A stretch of 64,000 bases of DNA from assembly GCF_036321535.1 (NCBI RefSeq), contig NC_087436.1, positions 82,896,001-82,960,000 of the forward strand, read 5' to 3'. The stretch comes from Camelus dromedarius (Eukaryota). Made by a program: the position numbers and the translations under genes. Shown here piece by piece: positions 12,166-25,689 of the stretch. The notes below the pieces were generated by a model. That model was not told the DNA's origin and ran no database searches. It was given only the letters and a program-made list of their open reading frames with translations. Numbering within the stretch: the first letter of the stretch is position 1; each line of letters opens with the position of its first letter.

Positions 12166-13764
12166 TTTAAATACATAGGAAAGAGCATAAGGGTTGTGAA
12201 AATTTTTAACAAATCACTTAGAATCACTTAGATTCACTTATGAAATAGGTAACATACTCAACAGGCTATTTTGACTAGGAGTTACACAGAACAGATCAGC
12301 TTTTTTATTCTAGTCTAATTCAGCCCCACTACTGAGGCACTACCTTTCTGGGTATTCTACTCAACACCTCATGTATTACAAGGTTTCTTTACTTTGGATG
12401 TTTAAGAACTTTAAAAATTCCCCACACTGTGAAAACATCAAGAATCTTTCCACCTGCTCCTTCCTGGTAATTCTTCCTCCTGCCTCAGGCAGATTCTTCA
12501 AATGCTTTGAAGACTCAAGAGCAACACCCTGGAGCTCTCTGGAGCTCTTTCTCTGGGCAGCTCTCTCCTCTCTGGTACTCTGTCTGTGAATTCTATCCAC
12601 TGTGGCTTCCCCAGATTCTCAGCTTACTCTTTCTGACCTGAGGCAGTCGGCACTGCAGCCTGGAATCGCTCCCTAGGAAGTTCCTGGGGAAACCATAGGA
12701 CTCACATCAATTGTTTGCCTTCTTCCAAGGACTGCTATTCCTCACTGCCTGTGGTTCAATGCTTGAAATCATTGTTTATAAATTTTGATTGGTTTTCTTA
12801 TTTCTTTCAAGTGAGTGGGTAAATATGTTTCTGTTGCTCCATCAGGGACAGGAGCAGAAATCCTTTCAAAACAACTTTAACTTAAAAAAAAAATGAAAAA
12901 AAGCCAATAACATATATGACTATGCAGAAGTGAAAGGTGAGCTGGCATAATTCAAGGGAGGAATTAAGGATTTAAAATAAATAATTAGAGAAATAAAAAC
13001 CACATTTGAAACTACAAAAACATGAGAGGTACAGTAACATGGGGGCTGGAGTTTGTAAAAATCCTATTAAAAACAAAACTAGAAAATGACAAAAAGACAA
13101 ATCATTAGAAAGACAATAATATAGAAATTAGGCAATAGCTCCAATCTATGCATAATTGGTCTTCCTGGATTGAGAGAACAAAACAAATGAAAGGGAATAT
13201 CTCAAAAATATGAAAGTAGAAAAATTTCTAAAATAAATAAAAAATTTAATTTGCTGATTAAATCTGTAAATATTTCCCCAAAAAAACAAAAAAAACACAC
13301 AATTATGCAGAATGATCAACCCAAAGATGTTTCCCTGGAGCAGGATGATTAAAAAAAAAAACAACTCACTAAGCAGGTAACTTTTGGACAGAAAAATCAA
13401 GTCATCTGCTAGGGTTGGGAGAAAAAATGTGGGTTTAATCGAACCTCCTACTTCTCCATAGCAACATTTAATGACAGAGGAAGGTGGAGGAATGTTTCCA
13501 GAATCCTAAAAACAAGAAAAAAAAAAAAGATTGAGCCAAAAATATTGTGCCCAGCCCATTTGTTTTATGTTTATGGCAACAGAAAGGCATTCTCAATTTT
13601 GTACAGATTCTGGGAACAATGAAGCATTAATGAGTTCTTCTTTTTAAAAACAACAAGGAAAAAAACATCAAAACACTGCTTAATAAAAAAAATCTATTCT
13701 GAAAGGATTAAAGCAAGAGAAAAAACTCAGGGAAAGGGAATTCATATTTAAAAAGCTGCTGGTA

Positions 13765-13905
13765 GGGGAGGGTGTACCTCAACGGTAGAGTGCATGCCTA
13801 GCATGCACAAGGTCCTGGGTTCAATCCCCAGTACTTCCATTAAAATAAACAAATAAACCTAATTACCTCCCACCAACAAAATTAAAGAATAAATAAAAAA
13901 TAAAT
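13765..13905 (+). mobile_element. tRNA-Ala-derived SINE (camelid Vic-1-like)
   Basis: GGGGAGGGT...GGTAGAG...GGGTTCAATCCCC A/B boxes, A-rich tail, target-site duplication (TSD) aaaaagct(g/a)ctggta at 13750-13764 and 13906-13920. Confidence 0.9.
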
Positions 13906-14399
13906 AAAAAGCTACTGGTAATGAGTACTGAATACATCTAAATATATAAAGTCAATGTTATATTTATTATTGTGGGAAAAAATGAAAGCTTGTAGACTTT
14001 GGCTACATAAAAGTTATTATTAATTTAAAAAGTGTTTATTGGTGGAGAGTATACATTGACTAATCTTTATCTTTCAGAAGAAGAGTCAAAGGCTACTGAA
14101 AAAAAATTGATGAATTAACAAAATAATTGCTTGCTTCATTTTAAAAATTGGCAATTGATATTAAAATTTACATTTGTAAATATTTTGAAGTATCATTCAG
14201 ACAGAAACCCACCATAGCTCACAGATGCTCTATGACAAGCTGATGAGTAGCCCTTTATGGGTCAGACCAAAGCAGGGAATGGGACCAGAAAGAGTCACAA
14301 AATAAAATTAAACCAATATATTTACAAATTTAAAATATCTTACATGAGGAAAAGTTTGGGGAAGCTACTGTAACCAAAGCAGGAAGGGATTAGTTAAGC

Positions 14400-14880
14400 A
14401 CATAATCCAAAGGAACAGAACAGATCATCTAGAAATAAACTCACATACACCAGAAGTTGACACAATATTGTAAACTGATTGTACTTCAGTAAAAATATAT
14501 TAAAAGAAACTCACACATGTACGGTCAATTGATTTTCAACAATGGTGCAAAGATGATGCAATACAGAAAGGATAGTCTTTCCAACTAACAGTGCTGGAAC
14601 AACTGGATATCCATGGGCAAAAAAGAAATAAAACCCCTCTATCCACACCTCACACCACATACAGAAATTATCTCAAAATGGATTATACACTGAAGTGTAA
14701 AACCAGATATTATAAAACTTCTAGAAGAAAATATAGGAGAAAATGTTCATGGCCTTGAGTAAAACAAAGATTTCTTAAATATGATACCAAATGCACAATC
14801 CGTAGAAAAAATTCATAAATTGGACTTTATCAAAATTATGAACTTCTGCTGTGAAAGAAATACTGTGAGGATGAAGAGAC
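14400..14880 (+). mobile_element. Old LINE-1 ORF2 fragment
   Basis: gtgctggaacaactggatatcca; tataaaacttctagaagaaaatataggagaaaa. Confidence 0.75.
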
Positions 14881-17800
14881 ATTTTTAAAAGAACTTTTAG
14901 AATATTATTTATAGCAAAGATTTCAAAGTTGTGATTTAATGATTTAAGAAAGAAAAGTAGGGTTCAGCATCCCCTCAAATCTCTAATCACCTAACCCTTG
15001 CCAAGTGGGAAGCCAAGCCAGCCTCTACGCCATTTTTAGCCCACTTAGCTCAGACAAGGGGGCCCAGTCATGTGTTCACATAGCATTTTATGCATATCAT
15101 TAACACAGCTCTTACCAGACTGTATGATCCACTTCTATTCAAATCTATTGGTTAGTACTATTTCAATTGCAAGGAACAGAAACCCTAACCTAAAATAGAT
15201 TAATCAAAAGAGAAATTCTTGGTTATTGAAGTCTAGGGGTAGATCTAACTTCAGTTAGTGTTGATTTCCAGGGCTCAAATGATGTCATCAGAACTTGGTC
15301 ATTCTCCAACTCTTAGGACCCACCTAACACACAATGAATCTGAATCCCTAGGAGTTAGACTCTAGATTCTTAAACAACAACAAAAACAACAACAGTAATA
15401 AAACCTTCCCAGATGTGTGCCACACAGCACTCACTGAGTAATTGTTTTATCTGTGTATAGTTTGTCTTTGCAAGCTAATTTACAAGCATCTTGCAGGTAA
15501 GGACTACTTCTGCAACTTAATCATATTCAATATGTACTGGAAAGATATAAAGCAGGTATTCTGTAAAGTCTGATAGAGCAGGGAAAACTGTAAGCATCAT
15601 CCGTGTTGGTATCAAAAGGCTTTGGAAAAACTTCTGATAACCTTTTGGAAGTCTGAGCTAGTGAAGTAGAATTTTATTCAAAGTGTTTGCATAACTACAC
15701 CCAATGGTAATAGTGAATAACTTTGAGTTGGTGAAGAGAAAAGCTTCACACAATATCCCAAAGAATTCTATTCTTGGCCCTATATTATTCAAAATTCTTT
15801 CGAATGTGGGTAAAGACATATAACTGCATCTGACAAAACCAGAATATGGCAAATTATAAAAATATATCTCACAAAGTTCTTGAATAGCATGGCCACCCAA
15901 ACATTACCACTAGTTCAATTACAGTATTCTTCCAGTCTTTACATTATGCATATTTTATGTATATATATTGTTGGCTCCATTTTTCCCCTAGCATAAACAT
16001 TTTGGCTGCCAGTTCGTCTAGACTTACATCCTTACAACTCCAAATCTAGTAGGAAGAAAAGCTTTTCTTTTCCAACAACTGGAAAAAAAAAATCTGTCCT
16101 GATTTCCAATGGACAGAACCAGCTTCCATTCCTGTTCTTAAATACCATTCACAAATGCCAAGGGAACATGATACTCCAGTCAGCCAAGCCTGAGATCCAC
16201 GCCTTCCACATGGGGGTTCAGAGGTGGTGTCGGCCACATCTCAGGCACTCATGGACTCGGCACAGGAGAGGGTGGTTCCTCAAGAAAATTTGATTTCTAT
16301 TATAATAAGAAAGGGAAATGGCGACTGGGCTGCTAAACTACAAACGAAATGAGATGGGGTCTCTGCTCTCCAGGAGCTTACAGTCCTACTCAAGAAGATT
16401 ATACTATGTTAACAGATAGTTTCAATATAAGGGGGTAAATGTTGCGATAAAGGTTTGCAGGGTAGAGGGACAAGTAAATTCAAGGAAGGGAGCTGGGATT
16501 TTGGCTAAGGAAGTTTCCAGCAGGAGAGAATGCCTGAGTCTAGAAAGATTCATAAGTCTTTACAAAGTGTAGCAGAGGGCTTGGGGGTGACATAAAGATG
16601 TTCCCAGGCATCCTTCTTTGTTTGTTTTGTTTGTGGGGTTTCTTTTTGAGGTATAGTTGATTTAAAACATTTTATTAGTTTTAGGTATAAGTGGCATCCT
16701 TGACTCATAAGACTTGATCCCCTTAAAGCTAGGAACCATGTCTTACCTTTGCCTCCCCAGAATTCAACATGGTGCCTGGCATCTAGTGGATACTCCATAA
16801 ATGGTCAATGAATTTATTAATAGTCTCTCATTATGGCTTCAAAAAAGTTCTGCTGGAATTTGTAAGGCTGGTATTTAACCTCATTATTCAGAGAAGGAAA
16901 CTGAGAGAGAGAGAGAGAGATTAGGTCATCAAAATCACAGTGCCAACTAACAGTAGTGCCAAGATAACTCCCACAGAGGCAGGGACATATCCAAACCAAA
17001 CTCCAGACATGAAGAAGAATACCACAAATCCTAGCCTTGCGTCATCAGAGCAGCAAAGTGAGAAATAAAGTAAACGTTTTAGTATGGTTAGTTGTTCTTA
17101 TAAAGCCCTAAACACCAAATTTTCTTCTAACGGTTTCAGATGTCAAATGATAAAATTTACTTTACAATGTTCTTGAATAAATAAGGACTGAGAAAAAAAA
17201 CTGAGAGGGAAATATGTTTGTTTGGGTGGGTTGCTAAGCAACACCACACATGCCAGAGACTCCTTTTGGATTTCCTTTTGAAGGTGGAATCTGTGGGAAC
17301 AACGAGTACTTCAGCTTGTGTCTGTTTCATCGGCTCACACTGGAAAATAAAAGCAAGACGGGAAACAAACAGGCAATTCTAATAATACAGAAGTCAGAGG
17401 TGTGGCGACTGTGAAGGATTAAATTAGACTAGACTGTTTTTAAAGTGGCCTTTTAAATGGCACTGTCACTCAGAGGTAAGGTTTTACAGCATGTCCCCAG
17501 AAGAACCTACCGTACACAGATGACATAAAACCAGATAGTGTCCGGGCTATGCTATCTACCCCACACCGTATTTCAGGCCCTATAGATTCCTGAAATCTGT
17601 CATATGGCAATAGGATGTAGCAACCAGATGAAGGAAAATATGAGTTTGTGTATCTCACTTATTTGATAAGAGAATGTCTTATGAGAAATAGGGTTTTAAG
17701 ATGGGTACTGAAGGAAGGAATTTTGTGGGTAGGGAGTGAAATTTACAGCCTCAGGGTTTCCTTGAGCAAAAGCCAGGAGCTCTAGAGGGGAAAACCATGT

Positions 17801-19159
17801 CAGGCTGAAAGCAGCAAAGAGAACACTGATAAGCCAGAAAGAATGAATAAGTATTTCAGCAGGAAACATTGGATGGCTGGTAGAGGTTTATGAAGACTAA
17901 GTCTGAAATTAGTAGTGAAATGCCTGGAATGTAAGATTTAAAGATACTATGGATCAAATGCTATCCAAGTTACATTACACTAATATTGATGTGCCTTTTG
18001 AAAAATCACATTTCTTTCAATGATTTGTGACTAAACTTTCAGGTAAGCACACATCTAATTCTGACTTATGTATGTGTGGACACATTTTCTGTCAACCTGT
18101 ATTCTTTGAGGGGACAAGTTAGAAAGAATATTTCAGATTTTGTTTTAAATAATTGACACTGTAAACAAAAAAAAGAGGTACATATTGTAATTACTAATTA
18201 CAGAATGCAGTCTGTATTCCGTGCATCTGAGGCTTTCCATGATCTGGGTTGTCTACCTTCCCCTTCCATGCCAGCCTGGATAGTCACTCCTCTCAACCCA
18301 TCCCATGTTGAAAGATTTCACTACTGACTTGATACTAAATTATATTCTCCCACCTATGGTTATTTAGACTCAAGGTATGTATTTCTCCAAGAAGATTATA
18401 ACTCCCTGAAGGATCTGTCCAAACAGTATTTTGTTTTGTATATTCCGACCAAAATAATAACATTACTTACAATGCACAGCAAATGCACAGAAATTCAACC
18501 CAACACTTAGATAACAATGGAATTAGTTTATGTTATTATTTCTTAATATTGTTTTTCCATTCACTGTTCTCCTCTTTAGGTCTCTGGATTCTAGGCCTAC
18601 TAGCAGAAAATAGTAAGAACAAACAAGAAATGAATAAGCAAACATCTACTGTCTTCTTCTAAACCTTGAACTCTGGAAAAATCAAAACATCCTTGGGGAA
18701 CAAATATTTCAAAAGGGAAAACAACATTTTGAGCAGTGACTATAATAGAGTCATGTCGGCATAAGCTATTCCAAAGGCCCAAAGATCCCAGAGTAGAAGT
18801 GGTGGTGTGCAAAAGTTAAAAAGAGCACTACACGAAGAATTAGGACCCCCACACCCCATCGTCAATGGTCTAGCTGTGTGCCTTAAAATGACTGCTCCTG
18901 ACTAGATTCATTCATTCCCCCAACAAACCTACGGGGAATGCAAGCTCTTTAAGGGCGAGGCATTTCACCTGTCTGCTTGCACTCTCTCCTGGCGTTGTGC
19001 CTGGCACATAGTAGGTGCTCAATAAGTATTTGTTATGTGATCCCCTGTCCTGCATGGAGAGTTCGTCCTCAAGAAGCACATAGTCTGGTTAGGACAAAGA
19101 TTTCCAAATATGCAATTATAATAGATGAAAATGTTTATCAACGGTAAGAATATGAGCTA

Positions 19160-19345
19160 ATAATGCTAACACTTGGGCATTTACCACGTGCCAGGCAGTG
19201 TTATGCATGCCTTACATGTATTAATTCACCTAATCTTCACAACAACCCTATGAGGTAGACACTATTTTTTCCACTTTTCCAGGAGGTCAAGCCACTTGCC
19301 GGAGGTCACACAGCTAGGAAGTGGTAGAGTAGGAACTGAATTCGA
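19160..19345 (-). mobile_element. MIR SINE
   Basis: taatcttcacaacaaccctatgaggtag...cttgccggaggtcacacagctaggaagtggtagag MIR core. Confidence 0.8.
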
Positions 19346-19509
19346 GATTCAGAATTAGCACTGGGCAGGCACAAGACAGAGTCAGTCTGACTCAAGGACC
19401 ACTGAAGTTTCTTCTTGGCCTGGGTTTGATGATGGCACCACTGGTGATAATGAAGCAGCAGGGAAATGGGGGAAATGTTTCATGAAACCCCATCCATTTA
19501 GAACATCTT

Positions 19510-19685
19510 GGTGTTTCTCAAACTTAGGATGCTCCAGAATCCTCAGAGAAGATTCAGAATTTCAGGCCTGAAATCTTGGAGATTCTGAATCAATAAGGTT
19601 GAAGTGGGGACGTGGAATCTGTATCTTGAACAAGTGCCACATCAAGTGTGATGTTGATCGTCACATTTTGAAAATACCACACTAG
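19510..19685. mobile_element. MER5A-like hAT-Charlie element
   Basis: gtgtttctcaaactt...gagattctgaatcaataaggt...ggaatctgtatctt...tttgaaaataccac. Confidence 0.65.
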
Positions 19686-20194
19686 ACTTGTTGACCCTTT
19701 GGCTGAGATTCTGCACTCTTTCTTCAGGTCTGGCTTTCCTCTGGCCATGTATCTGTTGGGTATCCTTTGACTGTGCAATCTGGTAGTGTTCTGTCTGGGG
19801 CATTGGCATCTTTAGAGGATCCTCAGAGGACAGACATCACAACCTAAGACAGTTATTTCTGGTTTATTTGTCTGTCTCCTCTTGCGGTCAGGGGCTGTGT
19901 CATCCTCTGCTCTACACGCCCAGCTCCTAATTCAGTGCACAGGAAATGTCTTCAGAAGGAATTGAAAGATGGCATGAACCAGGCCTGTGCTCCAGACCCA
20001 CCAGCCCTGCCCTTGAGAAGCTCAGTTAAGTTAAGGACACAGATACCTGAATAGACAAACTGCAGGATCCGGTGATAGGTGGCCATGATCACCTAAGTAC
20101 AAACATCGTGTTATAAGTGCATAGGGGACCAGCAAAGGGTGCTGCAGGTGGACGTACAGGGTGGGAAACCACGCTAGAAAAGTAGACTAGGAGC

Positions 20195-20813
20195 TGTTAC
20201 GGGCTGACTTGTGTCTGCCTCAAAAATTCATACGTTGAGGTGAAGTCCAACCACCACCTCCCGCCCCCTTCTGCCACCTAGCACCAGAATGTGCTAGTAC
20301 CTCAGAGTGTGACTATATTTGGAGACAGTGTCTTTAAAAAAAACTTTTTTTAAAGGTTATAGTCCATTTACAGTTATTATAAAATATTGGCTATATTTCC
20401 CATGTTGCAAATATATCCTTATGGCCTATCTTACACCCAGAAGTTTGTACCTCCCACTCCCCCACCTCTATATTGCCCCTCCCTACTGGTAACCACTAGT
20501 TTGTTCTCTATTAAGAGATTGGGTCTTTTAAAAGGTAAATTAAGTTAACATGAAATCATTAGAGTGAGCCCTAGTCCAATCTGACTGGTGTCTTCATAAG
20601 AAAATGAAATTGGGACACAGACAACACACAGAGGGAAGACCAGTGAAGACACAGGGAGAAGATGGCCACTTACAAGCCAAAGAGAGAGACCTCAGAAGAA
20701 ACCAGTCCTACCAACACCTTGATCTTAGACTTCCAGCCTCTAGAATTGTGAGAAAATAAATGTCTGTCATTTGAGACACCCAGTCTGTGGTAGTTTGTCA
20801 TGACAGCCCTAGC
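20195..20813 (+). mobile_element. MLT1 (MaLR) solo LTR with a nested antisense L1 3' fragment (~20345-20515)
   Basis: tgttacgggctga start; gatcttagacttccagcctctagaattgtgagaaaataaatgtctg; insert flanked by a gtcttt(t)aaaa duplication. Confidence 0.85.
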
Positions 20814-20833
20814 AAAAAAAAAAAAAAAAAAGA

Positions 20834-20865
<32 letters not shown>

Positions 20866-22107
20866 GAAAATTTACGAAACCAAACTCCAGAAATAAAATT
20901 TTATCCTTTAAGCTGTCAAAAGCCTCCACAGGTGTCTAGCGTCAATGTGACATGTGCAGGTTTGGTTCTGTAATATAATTTAGAAACAGTGGGGACCCTG
21001 AGGTGGAGAATGAAGGTGGAATTGACAGATCCATTGTTCCAGTGCAGAATAAAACAGCCATGGGGCCCTGGCCTAAACCACTGACAAAGGGAATGAGTAA
21101 CAGGGGGCCCATCAGAGAGGCCTTTGTGGGGCAGAAGTAACACAATTTGGGGAAAATGAAGTATGGCAGGAGAAGAGTAGACAGATGAGGCTATCATGAT
21201 GAAGTGTAGCTTGGGGAGTGAGGATGTCTCACATCTCAGCTGAGGATTCAAGAGGTGAAGCAGGCTTAAATAAACAAAGGAGAAGAAGAAGGGAGAAGAC
21301 AACAAATTTAGTTCGAGATGGGTGAAGTTTTGGACAATTCCAGAGCATGAGCAGTATGTGCTCCGTAGAGCGGGAATAAAGTTCCGGACCTGGGGCGTGA
21401 TGTAGGATTCCGTTACTCACAGGTCAGTCCTGGCTCCGGCAGATGAGGGGTGCTGGGAAAGGAGCAGCTGAGCTCATGTGGAGCCCCAGCGATTTGAGAG
21501 CCCCACGTTCGAATCCTTGGGGTCTTCACAATGTGTGGAGAGGGGAGCCAAAGACTGAAGAAACCATTAGAAAAGCAGCAGAATCAGGGCCAAGAAGGCC
21601 ACCAAAGGCCAGGTAAGTCAGGGTTAGTAGTTTTGTTGGTAGTTTTCAAATGAAGGGAAGATTTCTTTGCCCCTGCTGTGGACCAGCTCAGCCTGGATTT
21701 CTCCTGTTCACACCATCCCTGCACTTTGGTAAATCGTGGCAGTAGTGGCTGGCGGTTAACGGGGACCCAAGCGTGATTTCAGGGTCGCGGAGGCAGTGAC
21801 AGCTCCAGAAGCTCATTCCCCGAGGGCGGGTCAGCGACTCCCTCCCCGCCCGAGCCCTTCCACCCGAATGGAATGTGGGTGCCCGCCCCTGGACTCCGGC
21901 CACACTTAGAACGCGGGCCTGGGCGCAGCTCGCCGAGCGCGCGGGCCGCGGGGGCGGTTTCCTCGCGCCTACCCCTGCAGCGCGCGGCAGCGCTGGGCGA
22001 GGCCAGGCCACCGGGAGGCGGGCCGAGGGGGCGGGCGAGGGACGCGGGGCTGGGGGGAAGGTCGGGGGCGGGGAGCAGGAGGCGGCGGGCCCCGGGAAGA
22101 AAAGAAC

Positions 22108-22170
22108 ATGGCTCCTGCGGCGGGCAGCGCCGAGCGCGGCACCGGGCGAGGGCGCGCCGGTCGCCAGTGA
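22108..22170 (+). promoter_or_regulatory. PKD2 5' UTR upstream ORF, 20 aa [20 protein letters not shown]
   Basis: aacATGg strong Kozak context; TGA ends 5 nt before the main ATG; a repressive uORF is known in human PKD2. Confidence 0.8.
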
Positions 22171-22175
22171 CCGCG

Positions 22176-22776
22176 ATGGTGAACTCGAGCCGGGTGCAGC
22201 CGCAGCAGCCCGGGGACACGAAGCGGCCGCCAGCGCCCCGAGCCGCGGGCCCGGGCCGGCTGATGGCTGGCGGCGGGGCCGCGGGCGCCGGCCTCGCCGC
22301 TCCGGGCGGCCTCCGCGAGCACAGGGGCCTGGAGATCGAGATGGAGCGCATCCGGCAGGCGGCCGCGCGGGACCCCCCTGCCGGAGCCTCAGCCTCCCCG
22401 TCCCCTCCGCTCTCGTCGTGCTCGCGGCAAGCGTGGAGCCGCGACAACCCAGGCTTCGAGGCCGAGGAGGAGGAGGAGGAAGAGGAGGTGGAGGGAGAAG
22501 AAGGGGGAATGGTGGTGGAGATGGACGTGGAGTGGCGCCCGGGCAGCAGGAGGTCGGCCGCCTCCTCGGCCGTGAGCTCGGCGGGCGCCCGGGGCCGAGG
22601 GCTGGGGGGCTACCACGGCGCCGGCCATCCGAGCGGGCGGCGGCGCCGCCAAGAGGACCAGGGCCCGCCGAGCCCCAGCCCAGCGGGCGGCGGGGACCCG
22701 CTGCATCACCACCTCCCCCTGGACGGGCAGCCGCCCCGAGTGGCCTGGGCCGAGAGGCTGGTTCGCGGGCTGCGAG
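22176..22776 (+). CDS. PKD2: Polycystin-2 exon 1 (cytoplasmic N-terminus, RVxP ciliary motif, poly-Glu)
   Basis: [13 protein letters not shown]...[11 protein letters not shown]; gcgATGg start; GAG|gtaaga donor; 601 nt, phase 1. Confidence 0.98.
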
Positions 22777-23854
22777 GTAAGAGCGTGACCCGTGGCAGCT
22801 GATGCATAAACCAGAACTGCGGGCAGCGCCGGAGCCATCGCCCGCTGAGGGCAGCTTTCCCGGGCTCCACCTCGCATCCCCTTTGCGTCTCCGCGTCCCT
22901 TGGAAGCGCCTTCCTCACCTCTGCTAATTCTGCTCTATTTCCGGTACCCATTGCGGAATCCCACTGCGCCCTTGTTGGTGCAAATGTATTGAATACCCTC
23001 TTCTTCTAAAAAAAAAAGATATGTCATCTTATTTTTAACTTTGAAATTAGTGAAAGCCGTATTAGAGTGAAGGGGTACATCTGGAGATTTTTTTTCTTGT
23101 AGGATAAAAAGAGAATACTCTAATTACAACTGATGGTGGTTGCAGCTGCATAGTTGCTAATTCACTGAATAAAAACGAAAATTCTGTGCTGGTACCCATG
23201 GTCTTCCAATGGCCTGAATGCCCTATTGCCCTTATCCCGTTCTAAAGGGCAGTACAGTTTCCTAGTAGGAGTGTCATTGGGTACTCATTGCTGTTGTTTT
23301 GGTTGATGTGTGTGGTTGTTTGGGGGAGAGGGAGGTGTCCAGAACACCACGAATAGAATAAAGTAATGGCTAGGAAAACAGTTGTTTGGCCTTTTCTAAT
23401 TCTAGGCATTTTTCTAAAACAGTTGCAAAGAGAATGTTATATTGTTTTAAAAACTTGGAAGTATGTTTTAAAATAACTAATTTAATGTTCTTTGAAATTG
23501 CAATGAAACAGTGATGTCATCAGATACCAGCTGTGTGTAAATGTGTCAGAGTTCAGTGCACTCAACTCTCTAAAAGGCAGGAAAGGAATTTGCAAATTTA
23601 CCAGTGCCTGTTAAGAAGACACAGATTTTCCAAGAGCAGACAGAATCCTGTTTTTGCAAAGTTTTGTCAAAGGCATCCTTGGAAAAGAGTTGCATTTGCT
23701 CTTACCGTCCAAATTACTTTAATCTCCACTTTTAAGAATTTTCCATTCTCAGTTCTTTTGAAATTTTCCCTTCCCTTGTCTTCCTGTCAGTTTTGAAAAT
23801 CTTGCACAAAAAACTATCCAGGTGTTTTTATAGCAATGTAATTAACACCAAGTC

Positions 23855-24060
23855 AGGCCTATATCCAAATCCCAGTTCTGTAACATGTTGGCTGTGTGAC
23901 CTTGAGCAAACTGCTTAACCTCTCTGATCCCCAATTTTTTAAAATTTTATTTATAAAGAGATAATCATAATACTTAGTTCTTGACTTGTGAGAATTAAAT
24001 GAGATGAGACATAAAATGAGTAGCAGGTCTCTGCCATGTTGTGAGTGCTTCATGAATATA
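23855..24060 (+). mobile_element. MIR SINE
   Basis: caaatcccagttctg...gctgtgtgaccttgagcaaactgcttaacctctctg. Confidence 0.75.
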
Positions 24061-25689
24061 AATTATATCATAGATTCTAAAAGAGTATATTTTGGTACAC
24101 TTTTACACAAGTGCTTATGCTAGTTAATTTGGCTCAGAGCATGGTGGGGAACAAAAGATCCTCTGAATAACCTGTGTGAAAAATTAGTAAAAAAAGAAAC
24201 TAATCTTTTAAAGCTCAAAACTATATTCAAATAAATGATATATTATTGTACATTGTTTTAATTGTGCTTTTTAAAATAGTCACTCAAGCAAGAAAGAAGT
24301 TTCTTTTAAGTTAATAAATAATAGTAAGTCGTGATCCGTTTAACTCAGTTTAAATATTTGATAACACATTTAATGTTCTTTGAATAAACTCAATAATGGA
24401 ATATAATGAAATGAAATATATGAGTGTATAAATACATTTATTTCTTTTAAGGAAAAATTTCAGAAAATGTACAATGAATAAGCTAGTAGTAAAACTAGTC
24501 TGACCTTATCAATGGTCTAATTACTAGGAGAACTGATGCATGAAAATCTTTTTTATAGAAAATTTTAGAATACATTTCATTTTATGAAGAAATATAATTG
24601 ATATTCTTGTCATTTAATAAATAAGCAACATTTGTTAAATAGCTAGCACGTACTGTGAAAATAGACTGTGCTAGGTGCTGCCAAAACAAAAACAAAACTA
24701 AAATAGCACATCATCATTTCCCTATGGACAGAAAACCCAGAAAGTAAAATGAATAATTGAGGATGAATTGTGATTTTTTTTCCCTCTTGGGATACCAATG
24801 ATAAAAATCTTATATGCCTTATGTAAGTAGTGCCCAGGATCAGAAGAGAGAGTGACATGGAATTTCTAAAGGTGGGAGAGATTACTCAAGTTTGGAGTGG
24901 TCAAGAGCTTCTCTGGAGGTCTTCCAACCTTGTGACTGTATTTAACTCCCTCAAACCTCCTGGCCTCTGTTCCCCAATTACAAAACGGAAGAGTTGAGCC
25001 TACTCTTCAAGGTCCCTTCTAGCTTCAGCATACTCTGTTGTTGTGTAATGACATGAATCCAAGTTGGACAATAAATGATTATTTTTCTCCTTGGACACTA
25101 AATAGATCTATCTTCTTAGGAGAGTAAGATAACAAAGAAGAAATGTTTGAGGCCTGGTTATGGGAAGCATTGTGTCTAACCAGGGAATTAAGAATTTATC
25201 CCTCAGTATTAGGAAGCAGTTGAAAGTTCTCGAGCAGGAGCAGAATATACTGAAAGGGAATATGAGTCGGGCAGTGTGCTATGCAGAAGAGCTTGCAGAG
25301 GGAGACGAGGAGACAGGAGGACCAGGTAGGAGGCAGCCAGTGAAGGGGTGATGAAAGCGTGGACCACAGGCAGCAAAGGATGGCTGGAAGACTGAAAGAC
25401 TGCTCCAAACTTAAAGGTATCCCCAACCCAACAATTTTGTTTACTTTTCTTTAACAAACTCTTTTTAGTGCAGAGGTAAAATTAGACACTCTACATGAGT
25501 TATCAAATTTTCTGAATTTCCAAAGTTAAATGTGTTTTATGGATGTATCAATTTGTTAAAGTCATTTTCTGTTTGTTATTTCAGACATATATGCTTGATT
25601 GTTTGTGTTTGTTTTCCTGGAGAAATCATAAACTGCTAGTTGTATTGGTCAGAGTGGGCTAAGCTGCTGTAACAAATAGATACCTCCTT

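Larger units (their letters stand above)
21760..22960. promoter_or_regulatory. PKD2: CpG island and TATA-less GC-box promoter of PKD2
   Basis: Abrupt switch to very high GC and dense CpG; several GGGCGG/CCGCCC boxes; spans exon 1. Confidence 0.92.

Noticed and set aside
12212..12241. Three tandem 10-mers (aatcacttag)
   Set aside because: Short local slippage duplication with no spacers; not a CRISPR-like or functional array
4036..21420. Numerous 60-130 aa ORFs in the intergenic region
   Set aside because: Chance ORFs or translations of decayed L1/LTR/MIR sequence; many start at non-ATG codons; no intact retroelement ORF
21688..22951. Long overlapping alternative-frame and antisense ORFs (301, 222, 162 aa) at PKD2 exon 1
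   Set aside because: Expected from the scarcity of stop codons in a CpG island; low-complexity Arg/Gly/Pro/Ala products with no recognisable domain
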